From assembly GCA_035289665.1 (NCBI GenBank), contig DATDWO010000071.1, positions 1 through 62,083 on the forward strand: a stretch of 62,083 nucleotides of DNA. Reading direction: 5' to 3'. Below, piece by piece: positions 36,745 to 45,338 of the stretch (position 1 is its first letter; each line of letters starts with the position of its first letter). Origin of the DNA: Candidatus Nanoarchaeia archaeon (lineage in GTDB: Archaea; Nanobdellota; Nanobdellia; Woesearchaeales; SM23-78). The notes below the pieces were generated by a model, which made no database searches, was not told the origin of the DNA, and saw only the letters and a list, made by a program, of their open reading frames with translations. Both the position numbers and the translations under genes were made by a program.

Positions 36745-37086
36745 GTGTCAACCTTACCAAATACAACCCATATAACAAAATGGATTCATCAAGGTCAATT
36801 CAAAAGATACATCTCTAAACATAGAGAACAAATTTATTTCAAGCCACATGCCTTACACCACCTTGATTATGCCCAGAGGGGTATATGGGCGAAAGAGACA
36901 TTGATAAGAATATTAATTCATGAGCGGCCCTTCATGGTTGGAATTCAAAAGAATGGTCGATACGCCATTTTTTATAAGCGTAAACAGGGTTTCCTTAAGG
37001 TCATACTAGAAAGAAAGGGATTTTATTTCGCGATAACAACGTTTATAAGAACGAGAAACTTACCCAGGATTCATCATGAAAAATAA
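36745..37086 (+). CDS. DUF4258-like protein (toxin candidate)
   Basis: GTG start. PHALHHLDYAQRGIWAKETL resembles the DUF4258 signature. Overlaps the next gene by 11 nt. Confidence 0.4.
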   Translation: MSTLPNTTHITKWIHQGQFKRYISKHREQIYFKPHALHHLDYAQRGIWAKETLIRILIHERPFMVGIQKNGRYAIFYKRKQGFLKVILERKGFYFAITTFIRTRNLPRIHHEK

Positions 37087-37453
37087 ACTAGACGCAAGGG
37101 GTAAAGGAGAATATTTTTATGACTTAGAAGATGATTTCTTAATCGTTAAGATCAAAAACCGAGAATACAAAGAATCGCTGGAATTCGATAACTTAGTAGT
37201 GGACATCGACACAAAGGGCTTCATCACAGGCTTTCGTATTTTTGATGCTTCACAAGTATTCAAGCTAGAGAAGAACACTTTAAAACATATCAAGGAGTTC
37301 GAGTTCCATACTCAGATCAAGGACAAGCTCTTGTCTATCAGCCTGAATTTCAAGATCTCAAATGGGAAAAACCAAGTCATCCAACAAGGCCAGGACTTTG
37401 TTCGCGAAGCGCCGCTAACCAAAGAATCTGAAGTGATTTGCAGCGTGGCGTGA
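37076..37453 (+). CDS. DUF2283-like protein (antitoxin candidate)
   Basis: YFYDLEDDFLIVKIKN...LVVDIDTKGFITGFRIFDAS resembles DUF2283. Confidence 0.4.
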   Translation: MKNKLDARGKGEYFYDLEDDFLIVKIKNREYKESLEFDNLVVDIDTKGFITGFRIFDASQVFKLEKNTLKHIKEFEFHTQIKDKLLSISLNFKISNGKNQVIQQGQDFVREAPLTKESEVICSVA

Positions 37454-37576
37454 TAGCAGGTTAAGAGTCATTTTTCTACACTTTCAGGTCATTCCTCTCT
37501 AAAAGTGAAGCATGTGTCTTATATTGCATATATTATAGGCACAAAGGTTTTTAAAGGAAGGCTTTCCACAAGGCGT

Positions 37577-39784
37577 ATGCCCTATGAGTTGATCGTGAGT
37601 GAAAAGCCCAGCGCCGCGAAGCGCATCGCAGAATCTCTCGCAGATGGCAAACCAATTAAAAAAACAAAAGGCAAAGTCTCTTACTATGAAATCACCCATA
37701 AAGGAAAGGACATTGTCGTTGCCTGTGCTGTAGGCCATTTATACACCGTCGCAGAGAAAAAGAAGTCTTTCAAATACCCTAGTTTTGACTTGGAGTGGAA
37801 ACCTGTCGCGGATGTGGACAAAAAAGCAGCGTATTCTAAGCAATATTTAGATGTAATCAAAAAGTTAGCTAAAGATGCAGACTCATTTACAGTAGCGTGT
37901 GACTTTGATATCGAAGGAGAAGTGATCGGGCTAAACATCATCCGATTTATCTGTGGCCAAAAAGACGCTCGAAGGATGAAATTTTCCACTACAACCAAAG
38001 AAGACTTGGTCGAAGCTTACCAGAACGTGCAGAGCAGCCTAGAATGGGGTCAGGCAAACGCAGGAGAAACCCGTCATTTCCTGGATTGGATGTACGGCAT
38101 CAACCTGACCCGCGCCCTTACCTTAGCCATTAAGGACTCGGGCTTGTTCAAGATTCTCTCAGCGGGTCGGGTGCAGTGTCCCGCCTTAAAAATCGTTGTA
38201 GACAGGGAGCATGAAATCGGGGCGTTCAAGTCCGTTCCGTTCTGGGTCTTGGAGCTGAAAGTGGAGAAAGACCGCCAAGTGCTGCTCGCATCCCACGCAA
38301 CCGACAAATTTTGGGACCGGACAAAGGCCCAAAGTGCTTACGATCAGTGTCTTGGAAAGCCCGCAAAGGTGGCCAACATAGAACAGCGAGAAGTAAAGCA
38401 AGCTCCGCCCTTCCCTTTTGACTTAGGTTCCTTGCAGTCTGAGGCCTATCAAGCCTTTGGTTTTTCACCTAAAGCCACGTTGGATATTGCTCAGAGTTTA
38501 TACGTAAATGGTTTCACTTCATACCCAAGAACCTCTTCTCAGAAACTGCCTGCCAGTCTGAATTATTCAAAGATCCTCACAGGTCTAGGCCAGCAAGAAA
38601 AATACAAAGCATCCGTCCAAATTCTTTTGAGCAAAAAAAGCTTATCTCCGAATGAGGGTAAAAAAACAGATCCGGCACATCCTGCCATCTATCCAACAGG
38701 AGTTTCGCCGAAGGGATTAAAAGAACGGGACGAAAAAGTGTATGACTTGGTTGTAAAGCGTTTTCTCGCTACTTTCGGAGAGCCAGCCATTCGACTGACG
38801 ATGAAAGCCTCTTTAGATGTAAATACAGAGTCTTTTAGCGTCTCAGGTACAAAAACGAAGTTCAAAGGCTGGCATGAGTTATACGAACCCTATGTAGGGT
38901 TGAAAGAAGAAGAGCTTCCCGTGTTAAAGGTTGGAGAAGAGTTGGCGGTAAAAGAGTTAAACTTGCTTGACAAGGAAACCCAGCCTCCCAATCGTTACAA
39001 CCAAGCCAGCCTGGTAAAAGAATTGGAAAAACGCAATTTGGGAACAAAAGCAACACGAGCAGAAATCGTGGACAACTTGTTCGAGCGTAAATACGTAGCG
39101 GACCAAAAGATTCGCGCAACACTCATCGGAATGAAAACAATAGAAACCATGGCCAAGTATTGCCCGGAAATCCTCGATGAAAAGCTAACACAGCATTTCG
39201 AAGAAGAAATGGAAAACATCCGTGAAAAGAAGCACACCAAGGAACAGATCTTAAAGGAAGCCGAAGGTGTTTTGGTAAAGTTATTAGGTAAATTCAAGGA
39301 GAACCAGAAGAAGATCGGAGAGGAGTTGAAAGACTCCTTGATGGAAACCATGGACAAGGAAAACACCTTGGGTCCTTGCAAGTGCGGCGGAACCTTAAAA
39401 ATTACCTTCTCAAAAAAGAGTCGTAAGCGTTTTGTGGCCTGCAACAAATATCCTGAGTGTACAAACACATATCCATTGCCGCAGAATGGCTTCGTAACAG
39501 CCCTTGACAAGTTCTGTCCTACTTGCAACATCTTGATGATCAGCATCCGCTCGAAAGGAAAGAGGCCTCAGGAAGTATGCTTAAACTTGGATTGTCCAAC
39601 CAAGGCCATTCCGCAGCAAAGCGATGAAAAACGGGTCTGTCCCAAGTGTAGTAAGGATCTCATCCTTAGAAAGTCCATTTATGGAAGTTTCTACGGCTGT
39701 TCCAGCTTCCCGAAGTGTCGTTTCATTCAGAAGATTCCAAAGCCTGAAACGGAACAGCCGATTACGGCTGAAGTCAAAGAATAA
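37577..39784 (+). CDS. topA: type IA DNA topoisomerase
   Basis: Toprim LIVSEKPSAAKRIA and DFDIEGE, active-site region GFTSYPRTSS, C-terminal CxxC zinc ribbons. Start moved to ATG 37577. Confidence 0.85.
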   Translation: MPYELIVSEKPSAAKRIAESLADGKPIKKTKGKVSYYEITHKGKDIVVACAVGHLYTVAEKKKSFKYPSFDLEWKPVADVDKKAAYSKQYLDVIKKLAKDADSFTVACDFDIEGEVIGLNIIRFICGQKDARRMKFSTTTKEDLVEAYQNVQSSLEWGQANAGETRHFLDWMYGINLTRALTLAIKDSGLFKILSAGRVQCPALKIVVDREHEIGAFKSVPFWVLELKVEKDRQVLLASHATDKFWDRTKAQSAYDQCLGKPAKVANIEQREVKQAPPFPFDLGSLQSEAYQAFGFSPKATLDIAQSLYVNGFTSYPRTSSQKLPASLNYSKILTGLGQQEKYKASVQILLSKKSLSPNEGKKTDPAHPAIYPTGVSPKGLKERDEKVYDLVVKRFLATFGEPAIRLTMKASLDVNTESFSVSGTKTKFKGWHELYEPYVGLKEEELPVLKVGEELAVKELNLLDKETQPPNRYNQASLVKELEKRNLGTKATRAEIVDNLFERKYVADQKIRATLIGMKTIETMAKYCPEILDEKLTQHFEEEMENIREKKHTKEQILKEAEGVLVKLLGKFKENQKKIGEELKDSLMETMDKENTLGPCKCGGTLKITFSKKSRKRFVACNKYPECTNTYPLPQNGFVTALDKFCPTCNILMISIRSKGKRPQEVCLNLDCPTKAIPQQSDEKRVCPKCSKDLILRKSIYGSFYGCSSFPKCRFIQKIPKPETEQPITAEVKE

Positions 39785-39843
39785 AAAAGGATCTTTAGAT
39801 TCCCACTAGACATCTGACCGCAGCGTTTAAGTATTCATACATC

Positions 39844-39996
39844 ATGTTTATTTCTATGAGAACAGTAGTCATAACAAAGAAACGAGGTAAATCAGTTGGT
39901 TTCATAATCCCAGAATTTGTAGTGAACAAGCTGAACATCCATGCTGGAGATGCAATAACCTTAACAATAAACAAGAAAGGAAAGAAAGCAAAATGA
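39844..39996 (+). CDS. small AbrB/SpoVT-like protein (orphan antitoxin-like)
   Basis: 50-aa ORF translated by hand: MFISMRTVVITKKRGKSVGFIIPEFVVNKLNIHAGDAITLTINKKGKKAK. It is below the ORF-track size cutoff. Confidence 0.45.
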   Translation: MFISMRTVVITKKRGKSVGFIIPEFVVNKLNIHAGDAITLTINKKGKKAK

Positions 39997-40003
39997 TAAA
40001 CAG

Positions 40004-40420
40004 CTACTTTTGTAAGTAAGCTTCAAACGCTAGATACAGATTTTCGATAACAGCATATTCTCTATAATCTTTCGAATGGATCCAAACATATTGATCATGA
40101 TCCTTGCTCAATTTTATCTGATCCGTATCTGCTTCTGCCTCATAAAATATCCGTATGATCTGCCATTGTTCTCCATTAACAACTGGCCAGCTTTCATTTA
40201 CAAAGAAAGGCTTGCCTAGCTTCACGTTCAGGCCAGTTTCTTCCTTGATCTCTCGTAACATAGCCTCATCTACATGTTCCCCAGGTGTTATTCTACCACC
40301 AACAACGTCAAACTTCCCTACATGAACCCCTACATCGTAATTAGAAGATTCCCTTATGAGCAGAACCTTAGCTTGATAGACGATGAACGCTTTGGTTGCA
40401 ACGAAAAGCTTTGGTTTCAT
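40004..40420 (-). CDS. NUDIX hydrolase
   Basis: GGRITPGEHVDEAMLREIKEETGL is the Nudix box. Confidence 0.8.
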   Translation of the reverse strand: MKPKLFVATKAFIVYQAKVLLIRESSNYDVGVHVGKFDVVGGRITPGEHVDEAMLREIKEETGLNVKLGKPFFVNESWPVVNGEQWQIIRIFYEAEADTDQIKLSKDHDQYVWIHSKDYREYAVIENLYLAFEAYLQK

Positions 40421-40500
40421 GATAAAGCAGGCAAATAAGGCCTATAAAAATATTTCGATAGGATAAAACTCCGCCTTGGGATAAACAGTTAAAATACCAA

Positions 40501-41001
40501 TTAGCCCGAATCTCTTTTGCGTTGGTTTTCCAGGCTCAATCGATTAAACTCTTCTGCTCCATACACTGTATACCCTTCAACGTGTTTCAAAACAAATCCA
40601 GCTAGGCCAAAATCAAGGATGTGCTTGCTGCAATCGGCGCATCGAGGCGGTCTGGAGTCAACCAGTCGTCCTTGTTCTCCTCGAACATGATACATGCGTG
40701 CGCCTCGAACATCGTTTCCTAGATCTCTTGCATCGATTAGAGCGTTCATCTCTGCATGAACCGCATATGTTCGACAGGTAGGTTGACAGTACGCAGGTTC
40801 ACAACGAAATCCTGGAGGAGGAGCGTTAACGCCTTTGCCAATCAGCTCTCCTCCTTTAACAATAACCACCCCTCTTTTGTCTCGCTCGCAAGGAGAGTTT
40901 ATGGATTCTTGAACAGCCATCCCCATCCAGCGAACAGCTTCTTCAAGTTCGCTCCCTTCAAGTACCCTGGACATCAACCTAGAAAACAAGGGCGAATTCA
41001 T
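40501..41001 (-). CDS. dCMP/cytidine deaminase family protein
   Basis: VHAEMNAL and PPRCADCSKHI zinc-binding motifs. Confidence 0.75.
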   Translation of the reverse strand: MNSPLFSRLMSRVLEGSELEEAVRWMGMAVQESINSPCERDKRGVVIVKGGELIGKGVNAPPPGFRCEPAYCQPTCRTYAVHAEMNALIDARDLGNDVRGARMYHVRGEQGRLVDSRPPRCADCSKHILDFGLAGFVLKHVEGYTVYGAEEFNRLSLENQRKRDSG

Positions 41002-41109
41002 ATAGGTTCTGGTAAAGGGTTATGAAAGACCTGCATTCATTTTTAAAGAAGAATAGTCGGCTTTAAACAGAAGCATAATTATTTAAGCCGACTGGAATTT
41101 CTTCTATCG

Positions 41110-42282
41110 ATGAATCCTAGAGATGCCACATTGGAACTTTTAGTGCGGAGTGGAAAGGAAGGAGCAGTAGAGCGCTTCGCAACGGCAGAGGGCTTACCCG
41201 ATGAAGTTAGGGTTTCGAAACAGGCAGAAGCCGGAGTTTTTAACTGGGTACATAAAAGTAGAAAGTGGGGGAACGAGGACCCATTTAAGGCGGCGGAACA
41301 ATTAGCCCAAGACCGTTTCAAAGCGTATTTTTCTGCTACAGTCAACACAGCTTTGCTCGTTGATGTAACGGATGTTATTTTGAATCAACTAACTGAGCAG
41401 GGCCGTAGTCCTTGCCATGACATAACTGGATTCTTACTATTTATACATAATCCAGAATTGACAAGCGCGGTGAATCGGAACTTAGAAGATGTTGCCTTAC
41501 GGAGTAAGATGCATGAATTAGCGATCAAGGGCTTTACGCACCTTTTTGCATCTTGGATGCGAAGTTATGATGATGGCGACGACCCATTTGAGGAGTATTA
41601 CCCGCTTTTATCACAGTGGAAGGGATTATTGACAGATCAGGGCATAGAAAAGGTAGTGCAAGAATCAATAAGTTCATACCGATCAGATATCCCTGAAATT
41701 TTCGAGGAAGGGGCAGAACTAAGATACAATAAAGATTTTATGTTCAAGGCGCTTCGTACCTTGCGTGAGTTTGCAGGAGATGCACTCGTCGCAGAAGCCT
41801 TGTTCAAAGAAATGGGAAAATTAGACGAGTACGAACAAATCGCCCAGGGAATTGGTCTTACTTCATATCAAAGACCTACTCCAAAGAGAAAGCCAACCAA
41901 GTTGGACAAAGCATTAGACGACCTAGGAGAAGCAACTCAGTATGGGTATGAGCGTGCGCTAGATAAAGTGAAAAGCCAGGCGCAATCAGTTAGAGATAAG
42001 CAAGTGGTCGTTGATAGGTTGGTAGGGTGGTTGAGAGAGGGTAAAGAAGAACCCTTGCACTGGATAGCCAAGTACGAACATCGGAACCATTTATATGAAG
42101 AAAGGGCAGCTCAAGAAGTTGTCACGCAAGCAGCCGCCGAACTATTGCAGGCTGAAAAGTTTGTAGAGCTAAGGGCCTTCTTCGCTCTACCTCCAGAATT
42201 AGTGGATCGAAATAACGCTGCACTGGCTCCACTGGTTAGAGCATACAATTTAGTGCAAGAAGAGCCTAACGAGGACGACTAA
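41110..42282 (+). CDS. hypothetical 390-aa helical protein (atypical composition)
   Basis: Long ORF, Ala/Glu/Leu/Arg-rich, no motif recognised. Confidence 0.55.
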   Translation: MNPRDATLELLVRSGKEGAVERFATAEGLPDEVRVSKQAEAGVFNWVHKSRKWGNEDPFKAAEQLAQDRFKAYFSATVNTALLVDVTDVILNQLTEQGRSPCHDITGFLLFIHNPELTSAVNRNLEDVALRSKMHELAIKGFTHLFASWMRSYDDGDDPFEEYYPLLSQWKGLLTDQGIEKVVQESISSYRSDIPEIFEEGAELRYNKDFMFKALRTLREFAGDALVAEALFKEMGKLDEYEQIAQGIGLTSYQRPTPKRKPTKLDKALDDLGEATQYGYERALDKVKSQAQSVRDKQVVVDRLVGWLREGKEEPLHWIAKYEHRNHLYEERAAQEVVTQAAAELLQAEKFVELRAFFALPPELVDRNNAALAPLVRAYNLVQEEPNEDD

Positions 42283-42339
42283 ATGTAATGGTAGAATCTG
42301 ATATTTAAAAGGAAAAATAAAATAATAAAAAAGTTCCGT

Positions 42340-42729
42340 TTAGTCTTTGGCCAATCTAAAGACTTCTTTGAGTGCTACGATCACAATGGCAGGTACAAGT
42401 ACCAGCATGATGCTGTATAAGATCTCAAAAGGTACATCAGTAGGCAGGGCTCGGATGGGTTTTTCTCCGATGGACATCACAACGACCAGGATAGCTCCAG
42501 TCATGAGGAAATCTTTGGATTCTGTGTTTTGGATGTTGAGCAATCCCACAATGAGTCCTAATAGGAACAGGAAACCTGTAACAGCAGGAGTCAAGTAACT
42601 AAATGCGCCGAATAGCACAGCGAGTATAGTGGCAATGATGAAGAGTATTTTTCCAAGTGGACTTCTTCTCGGTGCGGAACTGTACATTGGCCTATACGCA
42701 GGCCCCATGGATCGTCTTTTTTTAGCCAT
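42340..42729 (-). CDS. small membrane protein (3-4 TM)
   Basis: Basic N-terminus, then hydrophobic segments ILFIIATILAVLFGAF, GFLFLLGLIVGLL, GAILVVVMSI, IMLVLVPAIVIVAL. Confidence 0.5.
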   Translation of the reverse strand: MAKKRRSMGPAYRPMYSSAPRRSPLGKILFIIATILAVLFGAFSYLTPAVTGFLFLLGLIVGLLNIQNTESKDFLMTGAILVVVMSIGEKPIRALPTDVPFEILYSIMLVLVPAIVIVALKEVFRLAKD

Positions 42730-42823
42730 AATGGTTCACCCCTCTTTAAATAATAATTGTTAACTAAGATCCGCAGGGCTGGTATTTAAAGTTTGTTGTT
42801 GATATCAGAAGGAGCTAAAACCG

Positions 42824-43480
42824 TTACCAAAACAACCATTTTTTTCGTCGCTTCTTTCGTAAGTGTTCATTCAATCTTTTCTCCCATAAAGGAGCATTCT
42901 CATACTTAGCTTCATCTCGTTTAAAAGCAGTGGAGTGGTGCATGCTGCGCTGGGCCGTTTGGTGGAATTTGTGTTTTTTGTGGAGCATCTCATGGTACAT
43001 GACGTAATCCATCAGTTCAGGCTCATCGTGCAGCACAGTAGATAAACAAATCGTGTCCGTGGCATATTCATAGTGTCCAAGTTTCCGGAAGGAGGCACCG
43101 CCCCAGACCAGATTGGGTTGGTTCATAAAGCCTTTGAAGTAGTGGTCGTTGAGTCGTTGAAAGCTGGCCTCCAGGAGGGGGTCATTCTCAGTTACAGGGC
43201 TGTATTCAGAGAGGTTGTGCAGGTATTTGGTGTAGAGTTCCATGTTGAAGGTTTTCTTTTTAAGCCGGTAAGCTTTGGACATGAGGCTTTGCAGGAGTCC
43301 AATTTGAATTTCTTCCGAGACTTCTTTCCAGTTTCTACTGAGTCGGAATTCCATCTTGTCTCGGGTATATCGAACATTGGCATTGTAGGCTTTGAACCGA
43401 TCCGTGTAATAGACAGAAAACATCCGGTCTGCTTCCTGGCCTGGGAAGAGTTCTTGGTAGGCACGCAGGGCGAGGGACAC
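42824..43480 (-). CDS. SprT/DUF45-like zinc metallopeptidase
   Basis: YVMYHEMLHKKHKFH...HHSTAF is HExxH plus a downstream His. Confidence 0.55.
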   Translation of the reverse strand: MSLALRAYQELFPGQEADRMFSVYYTDRFKAYNANVRYTRDKMEFRLSRNWKEVSEEIQIGLLQSLMSKAYRLKKKTFNMELYTKYLHNLSEYSPVTENDPLLEASFQRLNDHYFKGFMNQPNLVWGGASFRKLGHYEYATDTICLSTVLHDEPELMDYVMYHEMLHKKHKFHQTAQRSMHHSTAFKRDEAKYENAPLWEKRLNEHLRKKRRKKWLFW

Positions 43481-43787
43481 AGGGTAAACAAGTTGGTTAA
43501 GATTTAAGAATTATTCTCTTTTTAGAGGGGTGGCTTGATCAAGGGCACCATCCACGTAAACGCCTTGTCTTCCTACAACGATTTCAGGAGAGGAAGAAGC
43601 AATTTGTTAAGGACTGGGTGGCACACCTTTCGTCCTGTCTCGAAGGGCATGGTAAGTTTTAGAGACATAGGCTAAACAGTAAAGAACTGCTCTAAGGGGA
43701 CGGCCAATGAAGGGGCCATTTAAGGCATCTGTAATGGGATCTGATCCATGTGTCATTGCAAGAAGAAAGGTAATTTGGCTTTTAAAC

Positions 43788-44903
43788 CTACCCCCTATGC
43801 ACTTCATATCTTAAAATCGCGGCAAACTTGCCCATTTCTCTGAGTTGGACGCCTTCTCGAGTTTCCGTGGAGATGATCTTGACATCAGTACCATATTGTT
43901 CGGCGACCTTTTCAAATTCTTCAAGGGCTTCATCCGAGAGTTCTTCAGACAGCAAAAGAATGTCCACAGCCCCTAATTTAAGGTCTTTCATGACCGCATC
44001 TTGTCCATAGTTGACTTTGCCAGGTTCTTTGGCGAGCATAAGGAAGAATCGTTGCATGATGTTTTTTTCTTCGACAACTTCTTCGCTCGCGAGGACATCA
44101 CTGGATTTTTCAAGGAGCTCTTGGAGTCCAAAATCACCGGTATAGCTTAAGTCTTTGATGCCAATGATCTTTTTCTTAACGTCTCCTGTGATGTAGTCTT
44201 TCTGAATAAAGTCGTTGATCGTGACGCTGGGTCCTCCAAGCAAAATGCCTTTAAGCTCTTTTAAGAAGAGAAATTGTTCTTTCATGTAACTGGCTATCTT
44301 TTTGAAGTGGTCGATCGCAGCCCCTTCTCGTAGTCGGGCGAATCGCACGGAACTCTGCCCTCCAGCTCGCGTCTTTCCAGGAACTTCGCTATGCGTCGTG
44401 AGCAAGGGGATGATCGTTTTCCCTTTCAACAAAGCCAGGGTAGCGTCTCTTCGGTCGAGTACAACCATGCCATAAACAGCCTTCTCTTCCGTCATGTCCA
44501 TCAAGGGCTCTAGAACAAATTCTTTGTCGCAGCGATATAAGCGCAATCGTAAAGGGAGGGGAGGTTGGATAGAGTAGACTTGAATATTAGGCTGTCCTTC
44601 TCGCTCACTAATGTCACCGGAAAAAGCAGCTAATCCATTAGGGGGAGTGCGCTGGATGAGTTGCAAGTGCCTAACCATGCGTTCCAAGGCGCCAATCACA
44701 TTGTCTCGAGTGCTTTTTGACTTAATATTCGCCGCAGTGCCTTGTTCTTGTTGCAAGTGACCAACAATGATATTCAAATCATATCCTGCCGGCACGTAAA
44801 CCGTGACCAGTTCCGTATGTCTGCCTTTGTGTTGGGCGAGTTGTTTGATGAATTGTTTGAGTTTGTGTTTCTCTTTCGCGCCGATCTTCTCTTCCTTTTC
44901 CAT
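43788..44903 (-). CDS. prf1: peptide chain release factor aRF1
   Basis: NIKS (TAANIKSKSTRD) and GGQ (RAGGQSSVRF) motifs. Start moved to the internal MEKEEKIGAKEKHKLKQFIKQL. Confidence 0.9.
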   Translation of the reverse strand: MEKEEKIGAKEKHKLKQFIKQLAQHKGRHTELVTVYVPAGYDLNIIVGHLQQEQGTAANIKSKSTRDNVIGALERMVRHLQLIQRTPPNGLAAFSGDISEREGQPNIQVYSIQPPLPLRLRLYRCDKEFVLEPLMDMTEEKAVYGMVVLDRRDATLALLKGKTIIPLLTTHSEVPGKTRAGGQSSVRFARLREGAAIDHFKKIASYMKEQFLFLKELKGILLGGPSVTINDFIQKDYITGDVKKKIIGIKDLSYTGDFGLQELLEKSSDVLASEEVVEEKNIMQRFFLMLAKEPGKVNYGQDAVMKDLKLGAVDILLLSEELSDEALEEFEKVAEQYGTDVKIISTETREGVQLREMGKFAAILRYEVHRG

Positions 44904-45003
44904 AGTCGACAGTGACCAGCTTTGGTTTATAAAGCTTCTGCGCCTCAAAAATGAGAGCATTCGGAAGTGGTACGCTTATAAACGCAATAAAATTCCTATC
45001 ATA

Positions 45004-45267
45004 ATGGCAACCTTTCCATTAGAAAATATTGTTACAATGTCGGCCCGGGATTGGTGCGAGACTCAAGGAGTCAGGCTTTCTGATTATCAACCAATAGGAA
45101 TCCATCACTGTGGTCAAGAACAATATCCACTAGGCATGGAATCGTTCGCAAACCAGGCACCGAAAGGAACCATCATTATCACTGATTTCCATTCTTCCAT
45201 GACAGATACACGTATTGGAAACCCGAGTTACGAAGCACATGGAACCGCATTAGTTCTAAAGAGCTAA
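45004..45267 (+). CDS. hypothetical 87-aa protein
   Basis: Internal Met of ORF 44803..45267 chosen to avoid overlap with prf1. No motif. Confidence 0.3.
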   Translation: MATFPLENIVTMSARDWCETQGVRLSDYQPIGIHHCGQEQYPLGMESFANQAPKGTIIITDFHSSMTDTRIGNPSYEAHGTALVLKS

Positions 45268-45338
45268 TAGATGCTAGAGCTTCTAGCAAGAGTTAATCGA
45301 CCAAAACCATTATATAGCTCGCAAATCCAACTTTAATC

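Noticed and set aside
41055-41093. 12-bp inverted repeat agtcggctt(t)aaa / tttaagccgact in the divergent promoter region between the deaminase gene and the 41110 ORF.
   Set aside because: It is a single short palindrome in a promoter region, most simply an operator. It was not developed further.
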